From Octopus vulgaris (taxonomy: Eukaryota), in NCBI GenBank assembly GCA_951406725.2, contig OX597825.1:3100001-3164000 (forward strand): a DNA stretch of 64,000 bases. The letters are read 5' to 3'. This document shows, in pieces, positions 14,332-29,447 of the stretch. The translations under genes were made by a program, and so were the position numbers. The notes beneath the pieces were generated by a model. That model did no database searches. It was not told the DNA's origin and saw only the letters and a program-made list of their open reading frames with translations. Within the stretch, counting starts at the first letter, position 1. Every line of letters starts with the position of its first letter.

Positions 14332-17300
14332 ATGTGTGTATATATATATATATATTTACATATATATATATGTGTGTATCTATACATACATATATATATA
14401 TAATATATATATATATATATAAGAAATTAAAGAAAGAAAATACACACGTTTCACGTCGTTTTAATATAAATTTTAACATATCTTGTATTGTGTTTGCCGA
14501 CTGGGTTCGCCTTCGCTATTCATGACGTTAAAATTTACTTAAATACGTATTTTCTTTTGTATCACGTGTGTGAGAAATTTGAGGGAATGATTCAAGAAGT
14601 AGCAAAATCTAAGCGGAGGTAATTGGCTATCTTTCTTATTGTTGGCAGGGGGGAAATTGTTCAGCTTTTGCTAGTGGTGGGGGTGAAAATGTGTATGTAC
14701 ACAAAAAACAAAAAATTCAAAAACTAGATCAATGGTGAGAAATATGTACAGTGACGGGTATGTAATCTTGAATTAAAATATCTAAAGAGGTCAAAGTTGG
14801 TTATGCGTGCATATTTAGACGTGCATATTTTCTTTATTTAAACGTGTTTCCTGAATGTATATTTGCGTACATATTTATTACTGTGTGTATATATCATAAT
14901 TATTAGTAGTTGATGAAGTATGATTTGGTCAATTTTTTTTTACAATATTTATTCAAAAAATTATCAAACTAAGATGAGAGAAGGCTACATTCCGTTTCTC
15001 TTCAGCGCAACTAGGCGAGTCGCAGAATCCTCCCGTATAGAATCACTCAAAATATAAAGTACCAACTCTGAGTAACGTATATTTACAGAAGCAGGTGTAA
15101 GGATTATCATTTAGTTGCAGAACTGGAAACGTAGGTTTTATGTAATTGAAAGTGGAACGAATCAGCACCGATCTTAAATCTTTAGTGAAAAACTATCATA
15201 AGACTGCAGCTTGAAAGAATTGACACATCGGACAATGTAATCGTAGAGACCAATTTTTTTTACGGAATCCTCTTCTTAACGGCATCTGGTTTATTTGATA
15301 AGAAAGTCCCACTGAGGAAGTCAGCAGTTATTTACTGAAATTGTTTTGCAATTAGAGTAACAAAACAAATGTGTATCGCATGAAGCAGTGTAATAAAGTA
15401 CTTTTGTTTCTGCCCTAACCCTGTGGATGTCTAAGTGCGACTTCTTTCCCCGTTCTCTTAATTCTTATCTTTATTCTCTAACTTGCGATATATTTCGTAT
15501 CTGATAGTGTTCAACTGTTCAGGTTTTATTGAGTTTCTGATTCTATATGCGATGTTATATTAGACGATATAAAAGATTACCAATTGTAAAATCAACACCA
15601 CCTGCTATTTTGCTCTACGAATTGATGTTAAGTGAGAATACGACATGAATGAAAAACAACTAAAATTAAAACGCGTTCGCGAGATATTTTATAAACATTT
15701 TTACTCTTTAAATATTTGTAACGTGTCACTGTGAAAACAGATGTCTGGAACACGGCCAATAGCTATAATTATCTATAGATAATTATATTATTATAATTAT
15801 AATTATCAATAGATAATTATATTATTACCATATATTTAAATATATATTGTAATACAAATTGATAGCTGTACCTATTTTTTATCTGCTGTTGTTGGAATAA
15901 AAATCTAATTAGGCACTAGTATGAATAATATGTGAAGCACGAGGCGGGGTGGGGGGTAGCTGATGAATTGAGATGAAAATAGTATGAGATATCCATTGGT
16001 ATAACAAATATTCTTCTTAATAAAATCTAGTCCAAAGCTAAATCTGATACAATCTGATTCCTGGAGAGAATCAAGCTATTCCATGCCTTTTCTTGGGATA
16101 TTAATCATCTAGCATGATTGGAGAAGTAGCTATTAGCTTATACTCGAAAAGCCAGCATATTACACACGATATATTTGCCGTAATGTTTTTAATAAACGCA
16201 TTAATGTAACGCAAGTTTTACTGTGGCTGTATAGGAAGTTTTGGTAAAATATTAGATTGGAGGAGGACTATTCTTCTAGTGAAGGTCGGTGAGTGATTTC
16301 AAGTTCAATACAATCACCCCACATTATATATGTACTTAGCAAATTCAGCAGCTTCTTTGTTGAAAGATGAGAAAACAACGAGAAGTTTAACAATGCGGTT
16401 TCTGCAAACACGATGCTTCAGAAAAATATAATTAAATGCATACATAGTTATCTGAACTGCGGACAAATTAACAAACTGTGTAAAATAGAAATCCTCTAAA
16501 TTTTATGAACAACTGAATTTATTAATCATTAATCTTACAATTAATAATAACAGCTAAAATGTAAAAAACAAAATCAAGTATATAGGTAAAAAACAATAAA
16601 ATGAATAAGTTCTAAAATTCAAATATTATATAATGTTTCACGATCCAAATACAAATTACAGCGGTTAATAAATTATCTTGCCGACAAAGTTTAATTTCCT
16701 TAGATCTTTTGAGAAATGCTTCCAAAATTTGCCTTTCCCTTATTTTCATTCTTCAAATTTTCACAGATATTTTACCTCCGTTCAATTCATTTAGCAAGAA
16801 GAAAGGCAGATTTTGAGTTTCTCACATGAATACATCCCCCAAGTTAATTAAATTCTTCTAATTATATAAAGTATAAAAATGTTTATGCGTTTTAGCTATT
16901 AATTAGATTATTGATGAATGAATTATGAGCGAACTGTTTGCACTGGATGTTCAAAGTAAAATTATATAAAAATCAATAAATAGCTCTAATAATTGTAACT
17001 CCATTGAAATACCCACTAAACTGATACTCTGGCAGATGAATAAAAAAAAGCAACCCTCTGAGAGAAATCTGCCCTCATCTCTAAAACGACTCATTAATAG
17101 GCATTGTGCCAAAGCGATAATCCGGGAATTCCATTATTAGCATTGCAAACAATACTAAAATAAATTGAACTGGAAAATAAATATCCCTGTAACATTGGGT
17201 TCATATTGTTTCGCATTTGCCAATGACTATTAAATATGCTTTCGTGAATGAATTTTCCCCTCATCTTCTTCGTTGGAAATATATTTCTATCCCCTACTCT

Positions 17301-20300
17301 TCCAATATGCATTAAATCATTTTTGATGTCCATTACTCTTCTGCTCTGAATATAAGGAATTATAGACTTAAAATAATATATAGACACAAAATGGTAAGCT
17401 CGCTGTATAACAATTGTAATATTTGCCTGATTATTCCATCTACTGCTGGTCAACATTCATTCTGTTGCATCTTGTACCTACAAACCGTGTCGACACTAAA
17501 ATTTGTAGTTCGGTTGTAAAGGAGCCTAGAATTTACAGAAGAGCGAGTATAATAACATTCAGTATCTATGAGTACCACTAAATACTCGAGTTCCTGACAT
17601 TGTGTCACATACACAAAGACATTTGAGTTGCTGTACTGCATTTATAATATACTATGATTCATTTAACTTTGTCGGTATGGAAGAACCAAATATATTTTGC
17701 GAAATAGTAATAGTATAATCACTAAAGATTGAACAGTAAGACAAGGAAACACATCCTAACCTGAAATACTTTTTCCACTTTAGAAAATAAATTTGGAATG
17801 ATAATAAAAATTCACGACTTCTACATATAAAGATTCAATCAGTGAGACTCGCCTGTATTCCACATAGTGAAGACTGCTATATCTGCTTTACCGATGTATC
17901 AGCAAATGTGTAATGAACAGTCAATGACCACAAAGCCTGACACGTGAATCCTTTTCTTCACCACACCAACCCTTAATCTTCAAAGCTTTTATTATATAAA
18001 TATTAATTTAGGCACAAAGAATTCATTTCAATATATTGCACAACTTGATATAATGATATATTTGAGACATTAAAACTTAACGATTTTCAGTACTCGTATC
18101 GGACAAGAAACTATATTTTTGTGCTATTATAATAGCATTCTATGTCTGGCTAAGCAGAATACTTCTGCATTTCTTATACGTCTATTAATAATTTCCCACC
18201 TACAGAAAAACAACAAAACAAAACCTCGATCTAGGAAATAAATATACTTATTTCTAATGCCCAAAAATGTGTTGAAGTAGGAGACGCAAAGAAGGGTGTC
18301 CATGTAGACACGTGTTTGTTCCCCTTGATGAGTGCTTTATCTTACAATGCAATACTCGTACGTTATAGATCTAATCTCATCAGAAAATTTAGTAATGATT
18401 TATAGCTTAAAGTTCTATAAAAAAAAATATCTCTCTGTTTTCTAGAATACAGAAACATAACACACACACAAACACACACGCGCATACACACACAGATTCA
18501 CACACATACATGTGATCTGTGTGGTTGATCCCGACGAAACTAGGAAAATGCTTTCAATTTGCAGCTGAATGAACTTTGAAACAAGTAAAGGAATCTATAT
18601 TTTAACCATTTTATATTCTTTTTCACATTTTTTGTCATATTACACTAAAACTCGTCTTTTAGGATTTCTAATTAATTTCGTGTATAACACAAATTGCAGC
18701 TATGTTGTGATTTGTAACATCATTTTAAATTCCACGGGAAACAAACCTGGCATTAAAATATCTGAAAATTGCTAAAGATGGAAATGTTTTCGTGTTATCT
18801 CTTTCAAATCAATTCATGCTCCAATGACAACCATTCGTCTCGGTAATCAATCGTTCGTACCAAGATGTAAATGTGAACAGCAAAACACACATAGAAATAC
18901 TTAATCAAAGGAAGTTGTCCAAGTTAATCATTATTATCCCTTAGTTTCATAATCTGAAAATCGCTAATTCCCTTTTAAAATATATTGGTAAAGCGTTTTA
19001 AATATACTGAAATATCTAGTGTGGTTATGTGTGCAATCTCATTTAGGTTACAATTACTATAGAAATATAATTGTAATACTAGAAATAAGAAACAAACCAT
19101 TACAGGCTTTTGGCTGACCACTAACACCAGAACAACCCACGAGCTAATAGTTACATGCATTAATATTTGGATATGTAATTAACCTCTTTTAGGTTTAGCG
19201 ACTTTAAATTAAAACACATTCAAACTTAGTATTTAATGCAACACAAATGAATAGTTCCTACTGAGCTAAATGCCTAATCGATTGTGTAGATAATAAAATA
19301 ATATACAGAATGAATAATATGTTATAAAAGAGCTTCTCAAACGATCAATATGAATTTACTACTGCTTTTGTATGTTTTATCTCAGGAAAAGGCTTATCCA
19401 GCATACAGTTGTTCATGTTCATTACGTCTCTCAAGATCAATATTGTATAACAAGCCAGGCCAATACTATTCAGTATATAACATTTTTCCTCAAGACGGCT
19501 CTGATGAATATATGACTGCTGTTTCTACCCGACAAGTTCCTTCGTTGTCTAGCGATATATATTGATAATGATGTTATCCTAAATCAATAAAATATATTAT
19601 ATTTATATTTCTGTTGTATGTCGAAATAAATCCAATAATTGTATTCTGCATTTCCCGGGCAGAAGTAGTACGCTTTAACAACTGGTGGATGGAACGTAAA
19701 TATGATGAATAAATATAGTGGGAAATTCTTTAGTTAATAAAATATTCAGTGCTTTTTACTGCTGGTTCAGCAATACAGTTTATTCTATGTATATTGTCTG
19801 AGAGAATTAGCTATTAAAGTATACTTTACGTTAACTCAACTCATGTGAACTATGATCCTAGGCAAATGGAAAAATAAAATAAATTAACGGTTCAGAGATA
19901 AATTCGCTCTTATTATTATCATTTCAAGGTTGGAATATCAGTTATTTGTCTCTTGGTATCTAAATGTCTATACAGTCGACAACGATATATTTAATGGGAT
20001 ATACGTAGATAAATGTCATAGCAACCTTAGGGGTTCCTTTTAAATATCACCAATAAAATAAATATTCGTATATTTTGTCACATTGTTATAAATTGTTTGG
20101 TAGAGAAAAGATATTATTAAGAAAGCTATGGCCTATGAAACATTTTTCTTGCTATAATGATATTTGCAGCGCATCACGACGAGGAAATATGTAGAAATTA
20201 TGAATGTTTAGCACTGTTCTGCTCTATTACAATTTAGGTCTATGTGAAACAAAAGAGAGAAATACAGAGCAGATACGTAGCTATACAAGACTGTTTTATT

Positions 20301-20780
20301 CATTGCACAAGGAATAAAAATGGTGTGAGTACATGAATATAATGGCGATATATTTTTTTCTCTCTGTGGGGAAATAAATGTTGGATACAAACAAGTGCCA
20401 TAACTTACAGAAATATTTATACATGTCTATGTTGTACAATTACACATGGCATGTTTTATTTAGATATAAATTGCATAAGTATACATGTGCGTGCTTGTGA
20501 GTATGTGTGGGATTGTGTGTGCGTATGGAGTTCAATTTACGCATGTATAAATTGGCTATTGGCTCAATTATTGCCATACGAATTCTATTGACTATGTATT
20601 GTTCAACCAGCCTGTATAGCAAAACTACTCGTGCAACTAGCAAAAGAGTGGAATAAAACCTCGATGCTCGTAGCTGGAAATATACGTTCTAAGGACACAG
20701 CAATACCCACTTGGATAAATGTACACGAATATATTAAAAGCACCTGGATTATTATATATAAACTTTAAAAGAGCAATCCC

Positions 20781-21081
20781 ATTGCATTCCTTCTCGAGCC
20801 ATGCCTGCCTCATAAGGGCCGGTTTCCCGGTTTCCTTGGCGTATAGGTTCCCCACCTGAACGGAATGCCAGTCCGTCGCAGGTAAGCCTCAAGATGCAGG
20901 AGGAAAGAATGAGAGAAAGTTGTGGCGAAAGAGTCAGCAGAAGTTCGTCATTACCTCCTGCCGGAGTTGCGTGGATCTTAGGTGTTTCGCTCATAAACAC
21001 ACATCACCCGGTCTGAGATTCGAACCCGCGATCCCTCGACCGCGAGTCTGCTGCTCTAACCAATAAGCCATGTACCTCCAC
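20781..21081 (-). mobile_element. tRNA-derived SINE, near full length
   Basis: Minus-strand head gtggaggtacatggcttattggttagagcagcagactcgcggtcgagggatcgcgggttcgaatc has A and B boxes. The core is shared with 62878-63167. Confidence 0.85.
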
Positions 21082-23432
21082 TAACACCATTATAACATGT
21101 TTTATTGATATACGTTTTCCACTAGATACATCTACAAATACACACATGGTTCAGAAGTGTATTAGATGAAAATATTCTGAAAGCTAAATGTGGGGTAATC
21201 AGTGATAGTGGACAAACAGATTACCAAAAACATAACTACTGAATAGAACACAGTCAATGCATGTTTTCAGTTTGATACGACAGGTGGATGGTGAGCCAGT
21301 TCGTTCCTTTTCAAGTATAGTAGTTGTAATACGATCATAGGACTGCTACAGAGAACCTAATTAAAATTGTAAACTATAATTACTCTTTATTATTTCTACA
21401 AGTGCGATTCGTAATTTAATACTTTGAAATATGCATGCATTATAACCATTAACATATAAAATCCATGAAAGTAAATATGACATATTTTTCGAATATTGCA
21501 GATTCGATTTGTCTGCATAGAAACGCGTACTCAACGACTCGATCTAATGAGATGCGATTTGAATTTGCAGAAACATACGAAATGTTCATAAAGGCTTTGT
21601 CATGTAAAATATAATAGGAAAACAAACATTTATGGATTCTAATCTTTAAAGAGTTACGGACTCAAGTGCATTTGGAATACTTAAATGTGTGTGTAAGCCT
21701 TGAATCTGCTACACACTATATAAATTCCCTACTGGAAATGACCAACTTTAAGAGAATCTTACATTGCTTAGAACTCTATATCTGGATGGACTCATATTAA
21801 ACTCTGTTGGAATTTTGGATTTTACTCAAAGGATATTGGAATATTACAGATATGTATAATTATGCCTATAAAACGGATTTACGAATTCAATACCCATACA
21901 TATCTTACATCTATTTTTCTTTCCTCCACCTCACTCTCTATTTGTATCACATTGAAACTAATTATGACTTAATATTTCCTCTCACACCGTCTCCGATGAA
22001 AAAATATTATTATTAATTAATATCCTGGAAAGAGCTGTAAGACCTTCTATCTATAAATGCTCTCATATCTATACAGCCTTGGTTTTTTTTATCTCATTAC
22101 GCCAAACATTTGTATATATATATATGTATATATATATATGTGTGTGTGTGTGTAGGTATATATATGTATATAGAATGTTTTAGATATTAACAGAAGAATT
22201 CATGAGGACAAATTCGTAGGCACATAACAAACACATAAGCACACCTGCACAGATATGCATATGCGTGATTATGTGTGGATACTTGCGAAATAACAGCGAA
22301 AAGTCTTACTGCTAAAAACCAACTATTGACACAAATATTAACACAGTTATAAATACATGGATTACATCATTAAATTGTTATAAATAAAGAGTAGAAACGA
22401 AAAGTGATAGACGTCTGAAATGCATCAACAGTTATTTCAACACCCCCAGGTTAAGTTCTTTTCACAGACTCTTCTGTGTTTTTCTTTTTATTTTCTGCAT
22501 CGTTTCAAACTTTAATCAGAAGTGTCATCGAACCAAGTCAGTATTAGGAATAAACTGTTTAATATTTCAGCAATAATATTCAAATGTTATTTATTACAGG
22601 TTTATTGTAAGTTTTGGCTTCAGTATTTCTACAAAACAGCTCTTCAATATCCACGTAACGTTTCCCTGCGCAAATATCTTTCTCCAAAACCTGGCATTTG
22701 GATAGGACACCTTTGACCTAGCTTCAGATCTATGGCAAATGACTAACACTGGAATAATGTTCAATCTGAAAGCCAGGGAATAACAAAAACACTTCCAGAA
22801 TCGCTATAATCTTACACTATCATTGACTATGGATTCTATTAGCTGTGCCGTATACTCATAAACCTCCAAAACCCACTTCATCCAGCCGATGCTTGTAGCA
22901 TCACAATCACTCATACAGACGCATTATTAAAATAACGCACGCTCTCATCCTCACTTCACCCTTCCACTTCTAAATAGACAAGACCTTATGACATTGCAAA
23001 TGGAAGCGTCACACACTCGCAAATCAGCAACATGGCACTACAGCTGGAAGCACTACACGAGATAAAATCCGTATAATCCCTTCACAAAATCGGAGTAACG
23101 TACACTTCCAATCCTCGAGATACGACCGGTCGTAAATGAACGCAACATTCCTGAATATAGAGGACCTCACTACCGCTAATGAATCGTACCCTCTCAAGAT
23201 CATGACAGTACCAGTATCTTGGTATAATCGTACATTTTAATGCTCGTCGCTGACTTAGATCACGACGTCCTTCAAATAGAAGTGGAAATACGAAAATTGG
23301 GTAATTGCAAACCTTTTGTATTGTAGGCATAAATACACACATACGTATTCGTCTCCGCACCGCTTATATATTATGTGTATATATATATATTATGTATGTA
23401 TGTATGTATATATATATATGTGTGTGTATATA

Positions 23433-23485
<53 letters not shown>

Positions 23486-23486
23486 A

Positions 23487-23640
23487 TACGATGGACTTCT
23501 TTCAGCTTCCGTCGACCCGATTCACTGAAGGCCTTCGTCGGCCGAAGATTTAGAAGGCACTACTACATGGTGCCACGCATGGCACTGATGTGACGCATGG
23601 GAACCGTGTGGTTGAGAAGCAAGCTTCTTAAAGCACAGCA
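23487..23640 (-). mobile_element. tRNA-derived SINE (gctgtg...aagaagcttgcttc..aaccaca family), degenerate
   Basis: Homologous to 26585-26753 and 36996-37150; ends in a (TA/TG)n tail. Confidence 0.75.
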
Positions 23641-24065
23641 ACATTAGACAAAACACTGCTCTACATAGCATTGTATTATTGATCTTATTAGATATTGACT
23701 ATACCAGGAACATCAAATGATTTATAGTCACGGTTTCCTTGCTCGCAACAGCAACTAACTGCTTTTAAATGACGTCCCAACTCTCTTCCCTCACCGTACA
23801 CAGTAGACAATACCATAAATATGAAATAGCTTGAACATAATTGAAGATACATTAGAAAGGATTGGAAACTCATTGTATATGTTTATCTGGATAGAGTTAT
23901 TTTCGTCTCCGATGTTTTTTTTTTATCTTAGAATTATTATTTTTAACATTACTATTAATAGTACAACATCACCAACATCATGAAAATCCTGCTCGAAAAA
24001 TCATCGTCGTAAACATTATTGGTAAAAGTAGTTTTTTTTCTTGATGTTGTTATTCTTGCCTCGGT

Positions 24066-24094
24066 ATTATTATTATTATTATTATTATTATTAC

Positions 24095-24170
<76 letters not shown>

Positions 24171-24179
24171 TATAGTAGC

Positions 24180-24245
<66 letters not shown>

Positions 24246-24290
24246 GCTGGTGCTGGTGCTGGTGCTGGTGATAATAGTATTAGTGTATTA
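24066..24290. repeat. Compound microsatellite (ATT)n-(AGT)n-(GGT)n-(GGTGCT)n
   Basis: Read directly. Confidence 0.95.
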
Positions 24291-24728
24291 ACGGTAGTAG
24301 CAACAATCATATTCCTTATAAAATGATTCACTTTATGAGACGACAATATAAGCAAAAAACGAAAAATACGACAAAGCAGACAAAATCGAAAAGTATATAT
24401 TTTCCATTAAATGAAGCCGAATCTCCCTACTACGGAATATTCTCTGTTTTGCAGTCGCTGGCAGAAAATATAATGATGCTTATTTAAAAATAATATACGT
24501 ATGTTTCTCGTGAAGAAAAAATAATCAAAGGCGAAATACAAAATACATATCGAAAAAGAAAAACAAAATACAATAATCATCTTTTGAAAATAGGTTCTTT
24601 ATTTGGCATAACTCAAATTTGAAGTGGTTACATTTCTAAACCATTCAGTCTAATGACAGAAAATATCTCAAATTTCTCATAGCCATGTGCATTTAAGTAT
24701 ATATATATATATAGAGAGAGAGAAGGAA

Positions 24729-24773
<45 letters not shown>

Positions 24774-25445
24774 ATACATATATGTGTGTTTGTATATATG
24801 TGAAGCTACATGTATGTATGCATGCATATACATGTATGAGTTTCTTTCTCTCTCTCTGTTTATATAGCACACACACACACATATATACATACATATATGT
24901 ATATGTCTCTCTATATAAACATATATACATTGGTGTGCGTGTATGTGTACATATCTATGTGCGTGTGCGTGCATGTGTGTGCCTGTGTTTGTATCTGATA
25001 GTGTGTGCGCATGCATGTGTGTGTATGCGTGAGTGTGTGTGTGCGAGTATGAAATTTTTGTGTTCACTTTTTTGAATTCTCAATACTTACATTAAGAGGG
25101 GAAAATCACATTCTCTTAAATATGAATGATTCAATTATGTCTGCAGAGAAATATGACAGTAAATATTTTTCTTGAGAATAGGATATTTTTTCAATATGAA
25201 AAAGGCGCATACGCGCACAAATTGCAGTCTTACGCACGCAAACAGTGATATAGGTGTACATCAAAAACAAACACTTGTTGATGTACCTGCCTCTGTCGAA
25301 AATGTATTTTACTATTGGCCTATTTAAAAATGGCTGCTGACACATTACTCACAGCCTGATAGTGGTGGGTATATATATGGGTGTGAGAGTGTGTGTATGT
25401 ATATACAGATATACATGTATATATATGTATATATATATATATATG

Positions 25446-25487
<42 letters not shown>

Positions 25488-25811
25488 TATATATATATAT
25501 ATATGTACATTTATATATGTATATATATATACACATATATATATATATGTACACACACATATGTATGTACATTTATATACGCATATATATGTGTATACAC
25601 ATACACATATATATGAACACTTATATACATATATATATATACATATATATGCATATGTATGTATATGTACACACACACATATATGAGTCTGTGGATACTC
25701 TCTCGAAGTGTTAGTCTTATTGGTGCTGCTCACCTTCTTCTTCTTCTTCTTCTTCTTCGTCGTCGTCGTCGTCGCTGTTGTCATCGTCTTTGTCTTCTTC
25801 TTCTTCTTGGC

Positions 25812-26215
25812 TGTTTAAGTTATCGTTCAAACACCTGTTATCCGTCATCATGTTGTGAAGACCATCAATATTTTCTTCAGTTGTGGATGCTGCAGGACTT
25901 CCAGACATCTGCTTATATTCTAGACACTTCCTTCCCATCCTAAGTACAGCTGCCCGCTTTACCCCTATCCATAAAGCAGATGCTTCATCCCCGAGATATA
26001 GCAACCACATCAGCATGAACGCTTTTGGGACTAAAGCTTTTTTTACTCCAAGTAGTAAATAACAACATAATGTCAAATTATGTCCACTTACAAGCGAGTT
26101 CGACACTAGTCATTGTTGATATCTGCTTTGCGCAATTTTATGCCAGTTTATCTGAAAACAAAATGCAGTTGTGAATAAAAAGGGTGGAAATTAGTGCATA
26201 CAACCTTTCACGATC
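25812..26215 (-). mobile_element. Mariner transposase N-terminal relic (HTH region), pseudogenised
   Basis: Frameshifted translation ...LGDEASALWIGVKRAAVLRMGRKCLEYKQMSGSPAASTTEENIDGLHNMMTDNR matches the mariner pattern LGDDAPAxSTVxKWAAEFxRGRESLEDxxRSGRPxTxTTEENIxxVxxMVMxDRR. Confidence 0.8.
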
Positions 26216-26304
26216 CTTGCATCTCACGTTCTTGCATTACGTTCGTGTACGTATGTATATGTATTTATGTATATGTAAGTTGTATCTATGCATGTATATC
26301 ATTT

Positions 26305-26520
26305 ATCGTTTTTCTTTTATTTGTTCCAGTCAAAAAACGTCAGCCATGCTGGGGCACGGCGTTGTAGAAATTTTTATTCAAATGAATCGACCTTCGTACT
26401 AATTTTTTCTGAGCCGGGTATTTATGCTAGCGGCTTTGTTTTTGTTTTTGCTGAATCGCAAGGTTAATGGGGCATATACACGCTATCATCGTTTTTAAGA
26501 GGTACTGGAGCACACTCAGA
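26305..26520 (-). mobile_element. SINE (ccagcatggccgcag-tail family), degenerate
   Basis: cagccatgctggggcacggc...aatgaatcgacc...; related copies at about 50300-50412, 58480-58710 and 62177-62240. Confidence 0.65.
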
Positions 26521-26584
26521 TCCAATAGTGCAAACACACAGACACACACATTCATCTATAACCGCACCACACACACACACAAAA

Positions 26585-26753
26585 CGCTCATCCTATAGAG
26601 GAGCTTCTTCTGGAATCCATGTATCAAATCCACTCTGAATATTTTAGTCGGGCCGAGGCTATAGTAAAAGACACTGTCCAATGTGCCACGTTTTGGCCTT
26701 GAACCGCAAATTTTGTGGTTCGGAAGTAGTTTTCTTACCATACAGTTGCGCCT
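26585..26753 (-). mobile_element. tRNA-derived SINE, degenerate
   Basis: Reverse complement aligns with 36996-37150. Confidence 0.7.
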
Positions 26754-26830
26754 GATGCTAATATAAGTAAAGAGAAAGAGAGAGGGAGTGAGAAAGGAGG
26801 GATTGGAGAGATTACGCGCAAATACATGGA

Positions 26831-26880
<50 letters not shown>

Positions 26881-27369
26881 TATATGCTTTTATAGTCTTG
26901 TATCAGTGCTTGTAGTAACATCTCATTGAGTGTAAAAACAATATTGAAGTAAACACAAGTGTACTGGAAATACTTGTCTCACATTTCAAATAAGAGCTTA
27001 TTCAATGAATAATTGAATGTACGTTCTTTTTTCTTGACTCATAAAAAAATACAAAAAACAGTTTCGCAAAGTAAAAGTCTAAAGTTTGAATATCAATAAC
27101 GTAATATCAATCAAATTTACCAAACAATCTTTCTTTAACCGTCTGAAACATGTACGAAGAGCTTTGAGTTTTGACAAAATGGTTCTACACAGCGTATTCA
27201 ACTTGAGCGGTGCGAAAATACAGAGCAAACCTTTGACATTTCAAAAATAGGAGGGCGCCCTGTGGTTCACTTATATACAACCATATATACAGACAAACAT
27301 ACTCACTCGCACACACACATAAACATCTATGTAAATGCGCATATTTATACACACACATGTTATGTATGC

Positions 27370-27409
<40 letters not shown>

Positions 27410-27453
27410 CACACATGTATATATGTATATGTATGTGTAAATATATGCATATA

Positions 27454-27535
<82 letters not shown>

Positions 27536-27537
27536 CG

Positions 27538-27603
<66 letters not shown>

Positions 27604-27633
27604 AATGTATATGTATTTGCGTTTGTGTGTGTG

Positions 27634-28213
27634 TATAGAATGAGCGTCAAAAAAGAGGATACGTTGTTAACGAAAACAGTAAATACAGCGACATGTAGAT
27701 GAAAAACAGAAGATCAATAACAGTTAAAATATACGCAGAAGACAAAGGTTTTCTTTTTTTTTTCCTTTTCTACAAGTTTCCCTTCTCATCTTTTAATACC
27801 TGTAAATTGCGACAATTTGGAAGTGAAAGCGAGAGTAAACAAGGAGGTAATACGATAGAAAGAATAAAATTGCCTTTTGCTAACCGATACGTATTCACTA
27901 ATTTTACTCCATATTTGATCTAATATTTCAACTCCAACTTTCAACAACAAATCACTGGTAATCACCAATGTTGTACTGTGATTCAGATATATTGACTTCC
28001 AATCCGGAGGTCAGTTATTCCATATATATATATATTCTTATATATACATACGTATATACATATATATATATATATACGAAAAAATATGTCATATATATAT
28101 ATATAAAAATATATATATATATATATATATTTATAAACAACTTATAGAATGAGCGTCAAAAAAGAGGATACGTTGTTAACGAAAACAGTAAATACAGACG
28201 ACATGTAGATGAA
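27634..28213. repeat. 70-bp direct repeat (27634-27703 and 28143-28213)
   Basis: tatagaatgagcgtcaaaaaagaggatacg...acatgtagatgaa occurs twice, differing by a 1-nt indel. Confidence 0.95.
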
Positions 28214-28398
28214 CCATATAATTAATCACTATAAGCACGTGACTCGAAGAAAGCCGACAGAAATTTCTTAACAATTCCGTTATTATAATATCGGACCCGA
28301 TTTCAGAGTGATGAATTAAATGGTTATGGACGATGTGTCTATTTTCGGCATATTTGACATTAGAAACTTTCTTTTCTTTTGCCCTTTTTTTATAAGTT

Positions 28399-28454
<56 letters not shown>

Positions 28455-28457
<3 letters not shown>

Positions 28458-29303
28458 GATGAGATGGCTGCAACGGCCTCACACATGGTGATATCAGTAC
28501 AGTTGAGAATAGTTCTTCTTCCTATTTTTGCTATTATCGTAAGTTTCTTCTTCCTCTTCCACCAGGCGCTCACCCCCTCTACCAATCGAGCAATGGGATT
28601 GGTGGATGTTCTGCTTTAGAAATGTATAGAGGATTAGTGGTGCGGAATTGAGACGACGTTATCGGGGAGAGAAGAACCTCAGACAGTCAGTACTTTACGG
28701 AATAGGCGTGCAGTACCAAGTAATCCCGAATTTTGCGAACCATCTAGATTGCAGGGTATTTAAACATTTTTGGGATCTTTTTTCTTCACATTGGGTGGTA
28801 TTGCACCCAATGCTCCGATGACAATAGGGATAATCTTTAGGTTCGACTCTTAGTTGACATCGAGACTGTTATCAGGGTTGACATTGATCGACGTTATCGG
28901 GGAGAGAAGAACCTCAGACAGACAGTACTTTACGGAATAGGCGTGCAGTACCAAGTAATCCCGAATTTTGCTAGGGATCTCAATTATCAGGTCTCCATAT
29001 TTATCAAATATTTCTCTTTATTTCATGATAATATGCTTATCTCCTGGCACTGCTATTTCGATTATTAAACATTCCTGTTCGTCCCTACTAAAGGTTAATA
29101 TATCCGGCCTTCGCTGCTCTAACGCCTTGTCTGTCTGAAAGTCAAAATCCCCCGGATTTTTGCGTTCCCTTTTTCATCCAGTACCTTTTCTGGTGTATGT
29201 CGGTACCAAACACCCGTACACTCATATCCATACTTACGGCAGAGCAGCCAGAGGAAGTTTTGGGCGACCTTGTCTTCTCTACGCTTGTACAGTTTCTGCG
29301 CAA
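28455..29303 (-). mobile_element. R4/Dong-clade non-LTR retrotransposon 3' fragment (restriction-like endonuclease), pseudogenised
   Basis: Translation IAQKLYKRREDKVAQNFLWLLCRKYG...WYRHTPEKVLDEKGNAKI/DFDFQTDKALEQRRPDIL...CLIIEIAVPGD...DKYGDL, then KIIPIVIGALGAIP...GLLGTARLFRKVLTV*, gives the PD-(D/E)-K RLE signature. Confidence 0.9.

Positions 29304-29447
<144 letters not shown>

Noticed and set aside
16225-16290. GCIGSFGKILDWRRTILLVKV resembling a kinase G-loop
   Set aside because: Wrong spacing and no other kinase subdomains.
17094-17641. Abutting 63-aa and 120-aa minus-strand ORFs
   Set aside because: No recognisable domain, and the length is about what chance gives once in a window of this size.
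22980-23300. Possible ancient LINE endonuclease relic (also about 49130-49300 and about 59600-59850)
   Set aside because: Motifs are too decayed to support by eye.
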